Of a DNA stretch of 51,520 bases, positions 50,051 to 51,520 are shown in pieces; positions within the stretch are counted from its first letter, which is position 1, and the number at the start of each line of letters is the position of its first letter. Below the pieces are notes generated by a model. That model searched no databases and was not told where the DNA came from. It saw only the letters and a list, made by a program, of their open reading frames with translations. Origin of the DNA: Pseudomonadota bacterium (GTDB lineage: Bacteria > Desulfobacterota > Desulfobacteria > Desulfobacterales > JBDRRP01); contig JBDRRP010000015.1 in NCBI GenBank assembly GCA_043825735.1, positions 62,001 to 113,520 on the forward strand, in the 5' to 3' direction. A program made the translations under genes and the position numbers.

Positions 50051-50686
50051 CACGAACCATTGCCGGAGGGGCAGGGGAGTTAATTCATTGAATTGTTGAT
50101 GGAAAATCTTTATGGCGGTGGTCAACAGCGGGCATAATGCAAAAAAGTAAAACTACTTCGGCAAAATTTACCAAACAATTTTGTATTGTAATGTTTTACA
50201 TATTACGTATTTGTCATTTTATCTAACACATGGTCTTCCCACTCGGCTTCGATGCCGCTTTATAGTCAATGGCGTTCCGGGTACGGGCATCACTCTTTTT
50301 ACAAGCCGATCCGAGTCCGGACATCGTCGATTAACCGAGCGACCATATCTTGATTTTGGTCGCTGGCTCTGGCAGACTAAAGAATATCTAGCTCATTCCA
50401 GCAGTTTGTATGTGATTCCGGAAAATTAACTTCGGTGGCCAATATTCAGCGGTCCAGGCCCGGCGCTCCTTGAACAGCAGCTTATTGGCGAAAGTCCTCG
50501 GTTCAGATATCCTTAACATACATGCAATTTTGACTGGTTTGTATTATTGGCAAGTAACTCCAAGGCAGATAGCAGCCTCCCTGTTATCGGCTCACATCTA
50601 CATATTTAGATTTTAACCGGCCTTCTCAACACCATGACTATTTCATCCTATATCTGACACCAAACTACCCGCAAAGAGGACTCGGG

Positions 50687-51520
50687 ATGAGTAAGCCAAA
50701 ATATGAAAACACCTTACGAGGGTTGATTTTGAGTTTTGCTGCCTTGATTTTATTATTTCTTCTTTTTGGCGTGTTCACTATCTACGATATCCAAAAAGTT
50801 TCCCGCCTGAGCCTTACGATCTATAATCACCCACTGGTAGTATCAAACGCAGCTCTTCAAGCGAATGTATCCATCGCTAAAATGCATCGCAGTATGAAGG
50901 ATGTGGTTCTTTTTCATTCTTCATCAAGAATTGAGCATTCCATTGAAGCAGTTAATGAGGAAGAGAAACAAGTGTACCGGAATCTCAATATTATAAAAAA
51001 TAATATTTTGGGTGAAGAAGGCAAATCCCTTGAAAACTCGGCCAGGAATCTATTCGACAAGTGGCGGTTGATTAGAAATGAAGTTATCGAGTTGGTCCAC
51101 AATAACCAAAGAGAAAATGCAGCCGACATAACGATTGGTAAAGGCGCCGATCATGTTGCCCGGTTAGAAGAGAGAATGCTTGGTCTGACGAACTACGCGA
51201 GAAATAAGGCATCAGAATTTACGTTCGAATCCGAAAAAGTACATTCAAGGTTGAATGTGACTACTATCTCTTTTTTGATAATTGCTATCCTCATATCGCT
51301 CTTGGTGGCCTTTTGGACTATAAATCAAACAAAATTTGCACAGCAAAACATTAATAGGAGCGAAGCACGCTACCGAACCCTTTTCAATAGCATCCGAGAT
51401 GCCATATTGGTGGCCGATACCAACAGAACGATCATCGACTGCAATCCAGCTTTATTAGATCTTTTCGGTTATTCGAAAAAGGAGGTGCTGGGCAAGCAGA
51501 CTCTATCCATTTATAAAAAC
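50687..51520 (+). CDS. Membrane sensor (TM, four-helix-bundle sensor, TM, PAS), partial
   Basis: Not in ORF track because there is no stop in the window. GAGGA RBS; TIYNHPLVVSNA..MHRSMKDVVL four-helix-bundle pattern; SEARYRTLFNSIRDAILVAD..CNPAFIDLFGYS PAS start; visibly AT-rich. Confidence 0.85.
   Translation, partial: MSKPKYENTLRGLILSFAALILLFLLFGVFTIYDIQKVSRLSLTIYNHPLVVSNAALQANVSIAKMHRSMKDVVLFHSSSRIEHSIEAVNEEEKQVYRNLNIIKNNILGEEGKSLENSARNLFDKWRLIRNEVIELVHNNQRENAADITIGKGADHVARLEERMLGLTNYARNKASEFTFESEKVHSRLNVTTISFLIIAILISLLVAFWTINQTKFAQQNINRSEARYRTLFNSIRDAILVADTNRTIIDCNPALLDLFGYSKKEVLGKQTLSIYKN

Overview
GC-rich bacterial chromosome segment whose gene content and style point to an anaerobic Desulfobacterales-type deltaproteobacterium (inference, not a database result). 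It carries housekeeping genes (dusB, serC, hisD, mscS, bfr), a fadN-fadA beta-oxidation pair with a FadR-like operator, and an aldehyde:ferredoxin oxidoreductase. It also has a sigma54-type four-gene prkA-yeaH-spoVR-prkA operon, a binding-protein/hybrid-kinase pair, and a complete sigma54-type urea locus (urtABCDE-ureDABCEFG). Features the ORF track misses: (1) an OsmC-family gene split by an in-frame UGA at the catalytic Cys position and followed by a SECIS-like hairpin, so a probable selenoprotein; (2) a 55-aa secreted microprotein; (3) a frameshifted transglutaminase gene; (4) two partial CDSs at the window edges; (5) a MITE-like family with a shared core but different termini; (6) several classes of periodic intergenic palindromes; (7) a candidate structured RNA upstream of serC. 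No rRNA, tRNA, CRISPR array or transposase was recognised. All calls come from reading the sequence by eye; no searches were run.
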